From the NCBI GenBank assembly GCA_963804995.1, contig CAWDSK010000006.1, positions 896,001-960,000 on the forward strand: a stretch of 64,000 nt of DNA. Direction: 5' to 3'. The translations under genes were made by a program, and so were the position numbers. Shown here piece by piece: positions 9,984 through 19,792 of the stretch; positions within the stretch are counted from its first letter, which is position 1; the number at the start of each line of letters is the position of its first letter. The notes under the pieces are model-generated. The model searched no databases, was not told the DNA's origin, and saw nothing but the letters and a program-made list of their open reading frames with translations. The stretch comes from an uncultured Acidobacteriota bacterium. GTDB lineage: Bacteria; Acidobacteriota; Terriglobia; UBA7540.

Positions 9984-11534
9984 TCAGGACGCGCCGCTTT
10001 CCTCCCCTTTCGCCATGCGTTCCTTCCACATTGGAAGATAGCTTTCGCGTAGCACGTTCTTCTGCACTTTGCCCATGGTGTTGCGGGGCAACTCCTTTGC
10101 GATGGCAACCAATTTCGGAACTTTGTAATTCGCCAGGCTACGGCGCAAGCAGGATCTGATGGCTTCCGGGTCCACGGTCGAACCCGAGCGAGGCACGACA
10201 ATCGCCATCACAGCCTCGCCAAAGTCAGGATGAGGCATGCCGACCACCGCCGATTCCTCGACGCCCTCGAGACAGTTCAGGCAATCCTCAACTTCCTTCG
10301 GATAGACGTTATACCCTCCAGAGATAATCAAGTCCTTGGAACGGCCCACGATGGTTATATATCCCTGGTCATCCACGAGCCCCAAATCGCCAGTGCGGAA
10401 GAATCCATCAGGGGTAAAGCAAGCGTCGTACATCTCCGGCCGCCGCCAGTAGCCCACAAAGACGTTCGGACCTCGAACCTGGATTTCACCCACCGTGCCG
10501 GGCGCCAGCGCATGATCATCTGTGCCCGCGATGCGCACCTCAACTCCGGGAAGCGGCAAGCCGATGGAGCCGGCGCGACGCTCTCCCACGAGCGGGTTGC
10601 TGACGTTCATGTTGGTTTCAGTCAGGCCGTAGCGTTCCAGGATGCGGTGCCCGGTTCGCCGCTCGAATTGCTCGAAGGTGTCGGGCAGCAGCGGGGCCGA
10701 GCCCGATGTGAACAGACGCATTCCTCGGCAGTCTTCCCGGCCGAAATCGGGCAGCGCCAGGAGGCGCGTGTAATACGTGGGGACGCCCATGAACACCGTC
10801 ACCCGCGGCAGCAGCGAGCAGACCTGGGCGGCGTCGAAGCGCGGCAGAAAAAGCACACGCGCACGGCTTAGCAGAGCGCAATGCAAGGCCACGAACAATC
10901 CGTGAACATGGAAAATTGGCAGGGCGTGCAACAGCACATCGCGATCGGTAAAACCCCACGCTTCGACCAGCGTTTCGGCATTAGAGGAAAGGTTGCGCTG
11001 GGTCAGCATCACACCCTTGGGCTTCCCCGTGGTTCCCGAGCTATAGAGCATCGGTGCAAGGTTATCTCCCGACCTCGGCGCAGTCTCGAAGGCCGGGGGC
11101 GTGGCGCGGCATTTTTCGATTAGGTCTCCCTCCCCCTCAGGACCGAGAGTGAAGAGGTTCGGAATATCGTGCATGCGACTTAAATCTGCCATTTCCTTGT
11201 GCCGCTCGGGTGTACAGACCATCGCCCTCGGTTGGGCATCGCCCAGGAAATAATCCATCTCCTCACAGGTATAGGAAGTGTTTAGTGGGAGATAAACAGC
11301 CCCGGCGCGCAGGCAGGCAAGATAGAGGAAGACAGCCTGAGGAGATTTCTCCACTTGGACGGCGACACGATCTCCCGGTGCAATCCCGCATACGGCGAGT
11401 AGGTTTGCGAGACGAGCGGAGTGCTCATCGAGATCACCATACGTGAAGCTCTGCCCCGCCGGCGTTTCAATGCAAACGCGCGCGCGGTCGGTGGAGGTTC
11501 CACCCGCAAGGATGTCATACAGGTTCTGTCCCAT
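9984..11534 (-). CDS. matB: Malonate--CoA ligase-like acyl-CoA synthetase
   Basis: YSSGTTGKPKG, LPIFHVHGL, FMGVPTYY, ILERYGLTE, SKDLIISGGYNVYPKEVE, PRNTMGKVQK match MatB. Confidence 0.8.
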   Translation of the reverse strand: MGQNLYDILAGGTSTDRARVCIETPAGQSFTYGDLDEHSARLANLLAVCGIAPGDRVAVQVEKSPQAVFLYLACLRAGAVYLPLNTSYTCEEMDYFLGDAQPRAMVCTPERHKEMADLSRMHDIPNLFTLGPEGEGDLIEKCRATPPAFETAPRSGDNLAPMLYSSGTTGKPKGVMLTQRNLSSNAETLVEAWGFTDRDVLLHALPIFHVHGLFVALHCALLSRARVLFLPRFDAAQVCSLLPRVTVFMGVPTYYTRLLALPDFGREDCRGMRLFTSGSAPLLPDTFEQFERRTGHRILERYGLTETNMNVSNPLVGERRAGSIGLPLPGVEVRIAGTDDHALAPGTVGEIQVRGPNVFVGYWRRPEMYDACFTPDGFFRTGDLGLVDDQGYITIVGRSKDLIISGGYNVYPKEVEDCLNCLEGVEESAVVGMPHPDFGEAVMAIVVPRSGSTVDPEAIRSCLRRSLANYKVPKLVAIAKELPRNTMGKVQKNVLRESYLPMWKERMAKGEESGAS

Positions 11535-11690
11535 GACGTTTGTTTCAGGTGCAACGCCTTCGGTGCAAGTGGCTGATCTTCCCCCAGCCTAAATCTAAAT
11601 TCAAGCTTCGTTCCCGATCCTTGCTCATGACTGGAGGGTAAATCGACTCGCGCGGTCGCCTGGAATGATTCAACCCCCAAAAGCCCGTGC

Positions 11691-12788
11691 TTACATTCCC
11701 ACCAGCGGGCGAAGGGTTTCGACTTCTTCCATCGTGTTGACCATGATGTTCAGAAAGAGCCCGCGCGGTTCCAGCCCATCCATCAGGAGTCGTGCTTCTT
11801 CTGGATTGAATGAACCCCGGATCAGCAAGGGTCGCCTGGCCTGCTGAACTTTCTGGAAATGACCCACCATATCCTTGAGGGGTGGACCGCAGACATCGTT
11901 ATTGATTTCAAAACATCGAATCTCTTCGATCTCCAGGAAGGCATCCAGCAAGAACATCGAGGTGGAATGAAGATGCATGAAGCTGTTGGCGAACTGGCCG
12001 GCCAATTTACGGTCCACAGGCTGCACGAGTTTTCGATAAAGGTCCGGAGAGTATACTGCCGTAGCGTCTTCCTGCATGCGAATGATCGGACCGGGTGACC
12101 ACAAAGAATACTGACCATCGAAATATCCGCCGTGGAATAGCGGGAGGTGCTCCCAGAATGCCTGGGTGAACTCGTAGAAGATTTCCCCGAGGCGTCCGAG
12201 AAGTTCAGCGGACCGCTCCGGTTCATCGACGAGGTCAATAATGCTCTGGTTGTGGCCGCGCAGTACTGCGTGCAGATCGGTGGGACCGAGTTCGGCGCCG
12301 TGGCTTACCGGAAAGAGTCCTTGCGATTTCTCGACCAACGCCTGTCCGAAATCCAGATACTTTCTGAACCAGGGGTTTTGAGGATCAAAACGCAACGTGA
12401 GGGCCTGATCCCAGGTGAGGTTTTGCTCTTCACCCATCACGTTGTCGGGCAGGATACGTGCTTTGCACTCCAGCACGCCAGGCAGGAAGGGCACCGCCAC
12501 CTGCGTGGGGCCCGCACCTCGCAGCAGGTCGTCGTCAACCCTTTCCCCTTCCCGCAGCATGCGCAGGTGATCTTCCATAAAGGCTTCGGGAACGATCATC
12601 TCCGGCGTCAGGTATCGCGAAGAGCTCCACGCCTTACAGGCGGCAAACTCAGCGAAGGGAAACCAGCCGACAAAGCTGAAGCCCACGAGAGGCCGCCTCA
12701 CATCCTCCCGGCTCCAGAAGGCCTTATACCTTTTGATTTTTGCTGGATCGTTTCCATACGGCGCTTTGGACATGAATGCTTTCCTCAA
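11691..12788 (-). CDS. Uroporphyrinogen decarboxylase/methyltransferase-like TIM-barrel protein
   Basis: GPTDLHAVLRG, DLVDEPE, QEDATAVYSPDLY, FMHLHS pattern; real start may be the second Met. Confidence 0.55.
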   Translation of the reverse strand: MRKAFMSKAPYGNDPAKIKRYKAFWSREDVRRPLVGFSFVGWFPFAEFAACKAWSSSRYLTPEMIVPEAFMEDHLRMLREGERVDDDLLRGAGPTQVAVPFLPGVLECKARILPDNVMGEEQNLTWDQALTLRFDPQNPWFRKYLDFGQALVEKSQGLFPVSHGAELGPTDLHAVLRGHNQSIIDLVDEPERSAELLGRLGEIFYEFTQAFWEHLPLFHGGYFDGQYSLWSPGPIIRMQEDATAVYSPDLYRKLVQPVDRKLAGQFANSFMHLHSTSMFLLDAFLEIEEIRCFEINNDVCGPPLKDMVGHFQKVQQARRPLLIRGSFNPEEARLLMDGLEPRGLFLNIMVNTMEEVETLRPLVGM

Positions 12789-12978
12789 AGGGGACGTCGC
12801 TCGCGTGAAACTCTAATGCCTGGAAGTTCGGAATGGAAGCGCAAAAGTGCGCCGAGGCCATGGTGCCGGGCAGATTGGTGTCAATTTTGCATTTCAGATT
12901 AGATTAAGAGGTGTTATAACCCTGTGCATTATTCCGGCGATGGGATTGCTGCCGGGTATCGAATGGAGGCTTACTAAG

Positions 12979-15243
12979 ATGAAACGCAGAACGTTTCTGC
13001 AGAGAACCACAGCGGGATTAGGTGTCTTGGCGGGGTGGCCGCGCACGCGCGCGGGAATGGGGATAGCTTCGCCCGCCGTGGCGGCTCCCCTTGGTCAGGA
13101 TCCACCCGTGGATAATTTTCGAGTCCCGGACTGGCTGCGTTACTCGCGAACCATATATTTTGAGGGCTACGCCCCTCCAGTTTTCCCACGAGTGCGAGAC
13201 TTCGATGCCAAGCGTATTGTCGAACTTTCCCTGGAATTGGGCGGGGACACGTTGAGGTTTCAGCCCGTCGGCCACCGCGCTGCCTACCCGAGCAAGGTAT
13301 TTCCCACGTATGCAGAGTTGGGCAACCGCGACTTAATCGACGAAGTTTCCCGGGAATGCCGCCGGGCAGGCTTACATTTTTACTGTTACTGCGTTCTCTC
13401 CAACGAAATGGATGCCAGGCTGGTCAACGATCCTGTGCAGGGGATTTATGTGCTTCGTGATGTCAACGGCAAGCCTTACGGATTTGAGGCCGGTTACGGG
13501 AACGAGGAGGAGATCAAGACGTGTGCCACCGGGGACCCCTACCGGCAAATGATTCGAAAAGTGGTCCAGGAACTCTGCGAACATGACACCGATGGTGTTT
13601 ATTTCGATGGTCCGAGCGGCTATCGGGGTGTTTGCTTCTGCGATTCCTGCCGTAGCGGCTTCAAGAAATTCAGCGGCATGGATCTTGAACGCCTTCGCGA
13701 CGTGCGCGAGCCGGAGGACCCTCCGATAAACGCGGATATGAAAGCGTTGAGCGCATGGTTCGATTGGGCCAACAAACTGGTGGAGGAGGACCTGGTAGAC
13801 CTCCGCAAGATCATCCACGGGAGTGGGAAATTCATCCTTTGCCACAACGGCGCAACGTGGAGGCCCGGGGCATTTCATTTGCAGTACCGGTACTCCGACG
13901 GATTCATGGTGGAGTATAGCGAGCAATTTTATCAGCGCCTGCTGCGGGCGATGATGGGAGCGTCGATGGCCCGGCCCACCAAGAAGCTGGCGCAGACGTA
14001 TATGGGCAGTTACGACGTGGCCGCCATCGGGGAACCGCCTCACGACCAACCCTGGACGCCGCACGCCATGAACCTGGAGGACGGGGACGAGATCCGCATG
14101 GAGGGCTTCGCTGATCTGGCGGGTGGGAACATGCCCCTCTATGCCTCGGTCAACCGTCTGCTGTATGGAATCGGTGACGGCAGCGCGGAGCCGGCAAAGG
14201 AAGTCTTCGCCTTGGTCCGTCGTGCCGAACCCCTCTTCAAGGATAGTGTTCCCGTACCTTATGTGTCGATCGTCCTCACGGCGGAGTCGCTGGAGATGTT
14301 TCGAGCGCATCGCCGCAGTTGGAACATTATGATGAGCGAAGGGTTTGCGCTGGTCATGCTGGACGAGCGCATCAGCTTCGATGTTAATCCCAACACGGAG
14401 ATGAATGCGGATTGGCTCAGAGGCCAGCGGGCCATCGCGCTTTGCGGAGCCTCAGCGATTACGGACCATGACGCCCGCCTGCTGGCCGATTGGGTGAAAG
14501 AAGGCGGAGCGCTGCTGGCCACCTACGATTCGGGTCTTTACAAGGACAATGGCGAGTTGCGGCGAGATGGCGGAGCGCTACGGGAAATCCTGGGTGTGGA
14601 CATGAAGGGAGAACCTCCGGTAAGCGAAGCGGACAGCTATTATCGGATTACCAAATCTCATCCTGCGCTTGGTGATTATCAGGAGGGAAGGCTGGTGATG
14701 GGTGATGGCAAGCTGGTACCCATCACGCCTCGCCCGGGGGCGACCGTTCTGGCGGAATGCCTCAAGCTTGAGACCCAGGAAACTCGCGGTCCCGCAATCG
14801 TCGTCAATCAATACGGGCGAGGGCGGACCCTTTATGTAGCGGGTAGTTTGGAAGCCCAATACATCGCCACGCGCGTGCTTTCGCTCCAAAGAATGTTGGC
14901 GTCCATGATTCGTTACCTGAGGGCCGACGCCCCGCTGCCTTTCAGCCTCGCCGCTCCTCGAGGGGTTTACGGAATTCTCCGCAGTGCGCCCGGAGGAGAC
15001 TTGGTGCTCTGGATCTGCGCCAATGTGGGATTCAAAGACGATACGGTGGGCCGCATGCGGCAGGATTTTCTGCCGGTCCCTAACGTAGTGGCCAAGGTCC
15101 TGATACCGGAAGGGCGACAATTGAAATCGGTCGAGCTGTTTCGAGCGGGACAAACGGCTCCCTTTTCGATGGAAGGCGGATACGCCGTGGTTACGCTGCC
15201 CGTCGTGCACATTGCCGAGGTCGTGCATTTGAGTTTTGCCTAG
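12979..15243 (+). CDS. Tat-exported glycoside hydrolase-like protein (GH42/GHL-type TIM barrel + trimerisation-like domain)
   Basis: MKRRTFLQ Tat motif after RBS GGAGG; DGVYFDGP, CFCDSC, WVKEGGALLAT, NQYGRGRTLY. Confidence 0.7.
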   Translation: MKRRTFLQRTTAGLGVLAGWPRTRAGMGIASPAVAAPLGQDPPVDNFRVPDWLRYSRTIYFEGYAPPVFPRVRDFDAKRIVELSLELGGDTLRFQPVGHRAAYPSKVFPTYAELGNRDLIDEVSRECRRAGLHFYCYCVLSNEMDARLVNDPVQGIYVLRDVNGKPYGFEAGYGNEEEIKTCATGDPYRQMIRKVVQELCEHDTDGVYFDGPSGYRGVCFCDSCRSGFKKFSGMDLERLRDVREPEDPPINADMKALSAWFDWANKLVEEDLVDLRKIIHGSGKFILCHNGATWRPGAFHLQYRYSDGFMVEYSEQFYQRLLRAMMGASMARPTKKLAQTYMGSYDVAAIGEPPHDQPWTPHAMNLEDGDEIRMEGFADLAGGNMPLYASVNRLLYGIGDGSAEPAKEVFALVRRAEPLFKDSVPVPYVSIVLTAESLEMFRAHRRSWNIMMSEGFALVMLDERISFDVNPNTEMNADWLRGQRAIALCGASAITDHDARLLADWVKEGGALLATYDSGLYKDNGELRRDGGALREILGVDMKGEPPVSEADSYYRITKSHPALGDYQEGRLVMGDGKLVPITPRPGATVLAECLKLETQETRGPAIVVNQYGRGRTLYVAGSLEAQYIATRVLSLQRMLASMIRYLRADAPLPFSLAAPRGVYGILRSAPGGDLVLWICANVGFKDDTVGRMRQDFLPVPNVVAKVLIPEGRQLKSVELFRAGQTAPFSMEGGYAVVTLPVVHIAEVVHLSFA

Positions 15244-15423
15244 CGGGCTGGATACCGAACAGTTTTTGTTGTAACAGTGATATCCTGAGCAGGCCGGGCA
15301 GGCGACGCATCAACAGTGATGCCTGCGCAATAAGCGGGGAGGATTGTCGTTGCTTACCGCAGCGAACCGGGGAAATAACTGCGCTCGCATATTTATGAGC
15401 CACAGGGAGGAGGGAACGTAAAA

Positions 15424-16332
15424 ATGAATGCCAATCAAATCGGCGCCTCGGCTGGATACACATTCGCCTATTGGAGTTTGGACTCAACTCTCGAACGGTT
15501 TCTATGGAGCATCGAGCGGCTTAGCGAATTGGGTTACAAGCAATACTCGCTTGAAATCCTGGAACCGCCGCACGTGGCCATCTACGAGAGCAAGGCAAAT
15601 CTCCAGCGGCTGCTCGACAAGGGCCGTGAGAAAGGCGTGAAGTTTTACAATTTCATTCCCTACCACTGTTGTACGAATCTGACCAGCACCAGCAGAGAGC
15701 GGAGAAAACTGGGCGTCCAGCAATTTGCGGAGGGGGCGAAGATTGCCCAGGAAATGGGAATCTCCGTGCTGAACATCGCTTCTGATTGGCCGCCGGAGTG
15801 GGTTTCCAGTTACAGCCCGGAGTACGCCCACGCCCCGGCGGCGGAGTTCCAGGTGCCCTCGCGCGAGGAGTACGGCTGCGTATGGTCCGCCCACGTGGCG
15901 GCGGTATCGGAATGTCTCGATATTGCCCTGAAGCATAATATGCGATTCGGGTATGAGCCGCGTGCCAATTGCCTGGTGTCCGGCGCTGACGGTTTCCTGC
16001 GGTTGTGGGAGAAACTTCCCTCTGACGATTTCTTCTGCGCGCTGGACGTTATGCATTGCGCCTACCACCGTGAGGACCTGCCGGTCGCCATCAAAAAGCT
16101 CGGTTCGCGCCTGGGAGAGATACAGATCTGCGGGACCGACGGGCAGACCTTGAATCATCTTCCTCTGGCGGATGACCTCGCCACCCGGAAAAACCTGAAG
16201 GCCCTCGAGGAGGCGGATTTCAAGGGGATCATCTGCGTCGAGCTTTACGGGATGCCGAGCGAGCAGGTCGACGCGGCCTACCGCGGGGCCCGGGAAATCC
16301 TGGAGCGCCAAATCGCGGCACTGAAATCATGA
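15424..16332 (+). CDS. Sugar phosphate isomerase/epimerase (xylose isomerase-like TIM barrel)
   Basis: YEP, LDVMH, HLPL, ICVELY metal-site pattern; RBS GGAGG. Confidence 0.75.
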   Translation: MNANQIGASAGYTFAYWSLDSTLERFLWSIERLSELGYKQYSLEILEPPHVAIYESKANLQRLLDKGREKGVKFYNFIPYHCCTNLTSTSRERRKLGVQQFAEGAKIAQEMGISVLNIASDWPPEWVSSYSPEYAHAPAAEFQVPSREEYGCVWSAHVAAVSECLDIALKHNMRFGYEPRANCLVSGADGFLRLWEKLPSDDFFCALDVMHCAYHREDLPVAIKKLGSRLGEIQICGTDGQTLNHLPLADDLATRKNLKALEEADFKGIICVELYGMPSEQVDAAYRGAREILERQIAALKS

Positions 16333-17570
16333 AATACTTTCGCACAGCGCGCAGTGGAGAGATTGTGGTCCTGCTGCTGGCGGCGACGACGATCAACTAC
16401 ATCGATCGCCAGACGCTGTCGGTCCTGGCGCCCTTGCTCCAGAAAGAACTGCACATCTCCAGCCTGCAGTATTCCTACGCCGTCAATTCGTTTCTGATTG
16501 TTTACTCGCCCATGTATCTGCTGATGGGCCGGGTGCTGGATCGCCTCGGGTCGCGCCGGGGCATGGCGCTGGCGGTTATCTGGTGGTCGGTGGCGGAAAT
16601 CCTGCACGGCGCGGTGGTGGGAATCAAAACCCTGTGCCTCTTCCGGGCCATGCTGGCCATCGGCGAGGCCGCCATCATTCCGGGCGGGGTCAAGGCGGTG
16701 GCGGAGTGGTTCAGTCCCAAGCGACGCGGCGTGGCTATAGGCACTTTTGAAACCGGTCTGAGTTTAGGGCCCATCGTCGCCCCGCCGATGGTCGTCTGGA
16801 TTGCGCTGCACTATAGCTGGCGCGAAGCGTTTGTCTGGACGGGAATCATGGGCCTCGTTTGGACCATCCCCTGGATGATTCTTTACCGGCCTCCGGTGCC
16901 GGTGACAGCTGGGCCGGATTCACCCGCCACACTCCTTGCAGTGCCTGTGGCCTTGAAATGGGCTGATCTCTTCACTTCCAAAAAGGCTTGGGCTGTGGCG
17001 CTAGGGCGATTCTTTAGCGACCCGATCTGGTATTTCTACCTTTTCTGGCTCCCCAAATATATGGCCGACGCCAAGGGACTGAGCATCAAGGTCATTGGCG
17101 AACTAGCCTGGATTCCCTATGTCGCTTCCCTGCTCGGCAGCCTCACCGGTGGGGCATTTTCGAGTTGGCTGGTGAAGCGCGGTACCGACCCTGCCACCGC
17201 CCGGATGTGGGCGCTGTTCGTAGGGATGATCCTCGTGACGTTCGGCGTCTTCTCGATTTATTTGGATAACATGTTTCTGGTGATGGGTGTGATCAGCGTG
17301 GGGGCGTATGCCATGCAGTTCTGGGGCGGCAATCTGGATACCCTCCCCACAGACCTCTTCCCTTCCCATCACGTGGCCGAAGTCGTGGGCTTTGGAGGAT
17401 TGATGGGAGCGCTGGGTGGCATCCTCTTTACTGCCTCCACGGGTTACGTCGTAACGCACTACTCTTACACGCCGATTTGGATTGCGAGCGGCCTGACATA
17501 TCCCGTAGGGTTGCTACTCATGTATGTATTACTGCGGGAGGCTCCCAACGCAAGCCGGGGCGAGCCGTAG
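16329..17570 (+). CDS. MFS sugar-acid transporter (ExuT/ACS-like)
   Basis: INYIDRQTLSV, KAVAEWF, RFFSDPIWYFYLFWLP; ATGA overlap with the upstream gene. Confidence 0.85.
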   Translation: MKYFRTARSGEIVVLLLAATTINYIDRQTLSVLAPLLQKELHISSLQYSYAVNSFLIVYSPMYLLMGRVLDRLGSRRGMALAVIWWSVAEILHGAVVGIKTLCLFRAMLAIGEAAIIPGGVKAVAEWFSPKRRGVAIGTFETGLSLGPIVAPPMVVWIALHYSWREAFVWTGIMGLVWTIPWMILYRPPVPVTAGPDSPATLLAVPVALKWADLFTSKKAWAVALGRFFSDPIWYFYLFWLPKYMADAKGLSIKVIGELAWIPYVASLLGSLTGGAFSSWLVKRGTDPATARMWALFVGMILVTFGVFSIYLDNMFLVMGVISVGAYAMQFWGGNLDTLPTDLFPSHHVAEVVGFGGLMGALGGILFTASTGYVVTHYSYTPIWIASGLTYPVGLLLMYVLLREAPNASRGEP

Positions 17571-17582
17571 GCGGTAGCACTT

Positions 17583-17605
17583 GTAGCGCCGACCTTCAGG
17601 TCGGC
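17583..17605. repeat. GTAG-type REP palindrome
   Basis: GTAGC-GCCGACCT-TC-AGGTCGGC. Confidence 0.65.
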
Positions 17606-17674
17606 ATGTGCTTCGGGATCGTGGATTTGCTGACTGAGTAAGCGCGCGTGAATACTGCCGAACATATTGTAGCG

Positions 17675-19587
17675 GTTGCGGTAGGGATACCGGTTACCCG
17701 GTACCCCCCGCACGGATCCGTACGTGCGCTGGTTAGCGCATACGGCTCTTATCTCGGATGTGTGGCGGCGAACCGTTGGGATGGCCAAGGATGCACAACG
17801 TGCGGAGCAGGCAACCAGCAGGCCGCAAGCTTCCCCAGTCGGTCCCAGTTGAGGCGGTGGCGTTGACTGCGTTGACGCAGTTGTGTTCGCCACAGTCGGG
17901 TCAACCGTTCCCGAAAGATTCGCAGGCGGTCGAGGTTTCCCGGTACCGCGTGATAGTTGAAGTAGCCTTGCACGACCGACCGGAGCCATTTACCCGTATC
18001 CGCGATGGGATCGTGCCGACGCTGCCGGAGTTGTTGCTTGAGTTCCTGCAACTTCCCCCGCAGGCGCTTGCTGATCGTCTTCCGCTTCACGGTAAATTGC
18101 CCCCTCCGGTTCTTCCCGCTGATATGCGTGAAGCCCAGAAAGTCGAACGTCTCCGGCTTACCTTCTCCTCTCCGTTTCCGGTAAAGTTCGGCAAACGGCC
18201 CGAACTCGATCCGGCGCGTTTTGTCAGGATGCAGTTCCAATCCAAACTTCCCCACCCGCTCCCGGAAATCCTCCAGAAAGCGGTCGGCTTCCGTCTGCGA
18301 TTGGAATCCAAGGACCGTATCGTCGGCATACCGCACCACGACCACGTCTCCCCGGGCGTGCTTCTTGCGCCACGCCTGCACCCACAGGTCAAAGACGTAG
18401 TGCAGATAGATATTCGCCAGCAGGGGCGAGACCACCGCCCCTTGTGGCGTACCCATCTCCGTCTCCGACCATTCGCCTTCCTCCCTCACCCCGGCTTTCA
18501 GCCATTTCTGGATGAGCCGGAGAATCCGGGGGTCGGCGACGCGATGCTGCACGAACTTGAGCATCCATTCGTGGGATATCGAATCGAAAAATCCACGAAT
18601 GTCCGCGTCAAGAACGTAGTTCACGTGCTTCACCGTGAGCGCGTACGAGAGCGCGTCCAGCGCTTGATGCTGGCTGCATCCCGGTCGAAAGCCATACGAG
18701 AAGCCCAGAAAGTCTTCCTCGTAAATCGCCTTGAGGATGGTGACCACGGCCTGTTGGACGATCTTGTCCTCCAGTGCCGCAACCCCCAACGGACGTTGCC
18801 GCCCGTCGCCTTTCGGGATATACGCCCTTCGCGAGGGCTTCGCTCGGAATGCTCCACGGTGGACCCGGCTGTGCAGATCGACGAGTCGACCTTCCAGCCC
18901 GCTTTCATACTCCTGCCACGTCATGCCGTCTACTCCCGGTGCAGCTTTTCGCTTCAAGGCGTAAAAGCTTTCCCGCAGCAGATCGACCGTTAAGTGGTGG
19001 AGCAAGGCCGTGAACTTCATCTCCCTGTGTTCCTTCGCGGCTTTCCGCACACCCGCGAGTCCCTGGGACACGCGTGCCCCGCTCTGTGTCGGGTGCGTGT
19101 TAGGCCAACGGGTGTTCTCCTTGATCAGCGGCCTTCCCTCCTCATTCTCCGCCAACGGCTTCCCGTCTTTGTTCAAATGATTCATCGGTACTGTTCCGCT
19201 GTCCGACTCCTCGAAAGCGTGCAGGCGGGCTGTACGGCCATCGCCTTTTCCCGCCGTCCGGCCACGATCTACGGCGGCCGGCGCCTCCGAGGTCTCCCGG
19301 TTCTCGTGCAGAAAGTGTCTAGGCGTGTCTGGGGTCTACGACTACGCAGGACTGTGCCGGAACTCGCGTTGGCGTCCCGGCCTCATGTTGCCTTCCGTTT
19401 AGTCTGAAAACGTCGGCGTCCTGATTGGACATTTTCGAAGCTCAATACCCAGCCCACCTATTCCCCTGTTTACGCTTCACCGTGCGCCTCACGACGCCCA
19501 GCGCAAAACTCGGGGCCGAGTGGATCGCTGCTCCTTCCTCGTGAGAAATTTTCATTCTCTGCTTTCTGCCGGTTTATCCCGGCGCAC
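17675..19587 (-). mobile_element. Complete group II intron (endonuclease-less, class E-like), 1913 nt
   Basis: 5' end GTGCG at 19587; domain V GAGCCGTATGCGCTAACCAGCGCACGTACGGATC; domain VI GGGGGTACCGGGTAACCGGTATCCCTACC; 3' end ...GCAAC at 17675; removing it restores an intact REP. Confidence 0.9.
17749..19185 (-). CDS. ltrA: Group II intron reverse transcriptase/maturase
   Basis: APGVDG, RPLG, SYGFRP, GTPQG, RYADD, FDFLGF, domain X (GYFNYH); no HNH tail. Start uncertain. Confidence 0.95.
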   Translation of the reverse strand: MNHLNKDGKPLAENEEGRPLIKENTRWPNTHPTQSGARVSQGLAGVRKAAKEHREMKFTALLHHLTVDLLRESFYALKRKAAPGVDGMTWQEYESGLEGRLVDLHSRVHRGAFRAKPSRRAYIPKGDGRQRPLGVAALEDKIVQQAVVTILKAIYEEDFLGFSYGFRPGCSQHQALDALSYALTVKHVNYVLDADIRGFFDSISHEWMLKFVQHRVADPRILRLIQKWLKAGVREEGEWSETEMGTPQGAVVSPLLANIYLHYVFDLWVQAWRKKHARGDVVVVRYADDTVLGFQSQTEADRFLEDFRERVGKFGLELHPDKTRRIEFGPFAELYRKRRGEGKPETFDFLGFTHISGKNRRGQFTVKRKTISKRLRGKLQELKQQLRQRRHDPIADTGKWLRSVVQGYFNYHAVPGNLDRLRIFRERLTRLWRTQLRQRSQRHRLNWDRLGKLAACWLPAPHVVHPWPSQRFAATHPR

Positions 19588-19721
19588 CAGACCTCCGCCG
19601 TTGAGGTCTGCGTCTTTTCTTGCGAAATGCCGTAACCCTCAACGGGAGGAATCGGCATTCACAATCGGATGCGTGAATCAGAGTAAGAACCGCAGACCCC
19701 AAAGACGGGGGTCTGCGCTAC
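19588..19721. repeat. Remainder of the REP doublet (REPIN-like) interrupted by the intron; its first 6 bp (GTAGCG) lie at 17669-17674
   Basis: GTAGCG|CAGACCTCCGCCGTTGAGGTCTGCG...CGCAGACCCCAAAGACGGGGGTCTGCGCTAC. Confidence 0.85.
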
Positions 19722-19792
19722 CCTCTCTCCCAAACCATCGTGAAGACCTTACTCGCCAAAGTAATTAACTCCGATCCTCTGGAGGCAGAATC

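Noticed and set aside
17758..18993. 411-aa plus-strand ORF
   Set aside because: Antisense to the intron RT; no motifs
17749..19185. RT as part of a retron, DGR or CRISPR-RT system
   Set aside because: Domain X, GTGCG start and domains V/VI identify a group II intron
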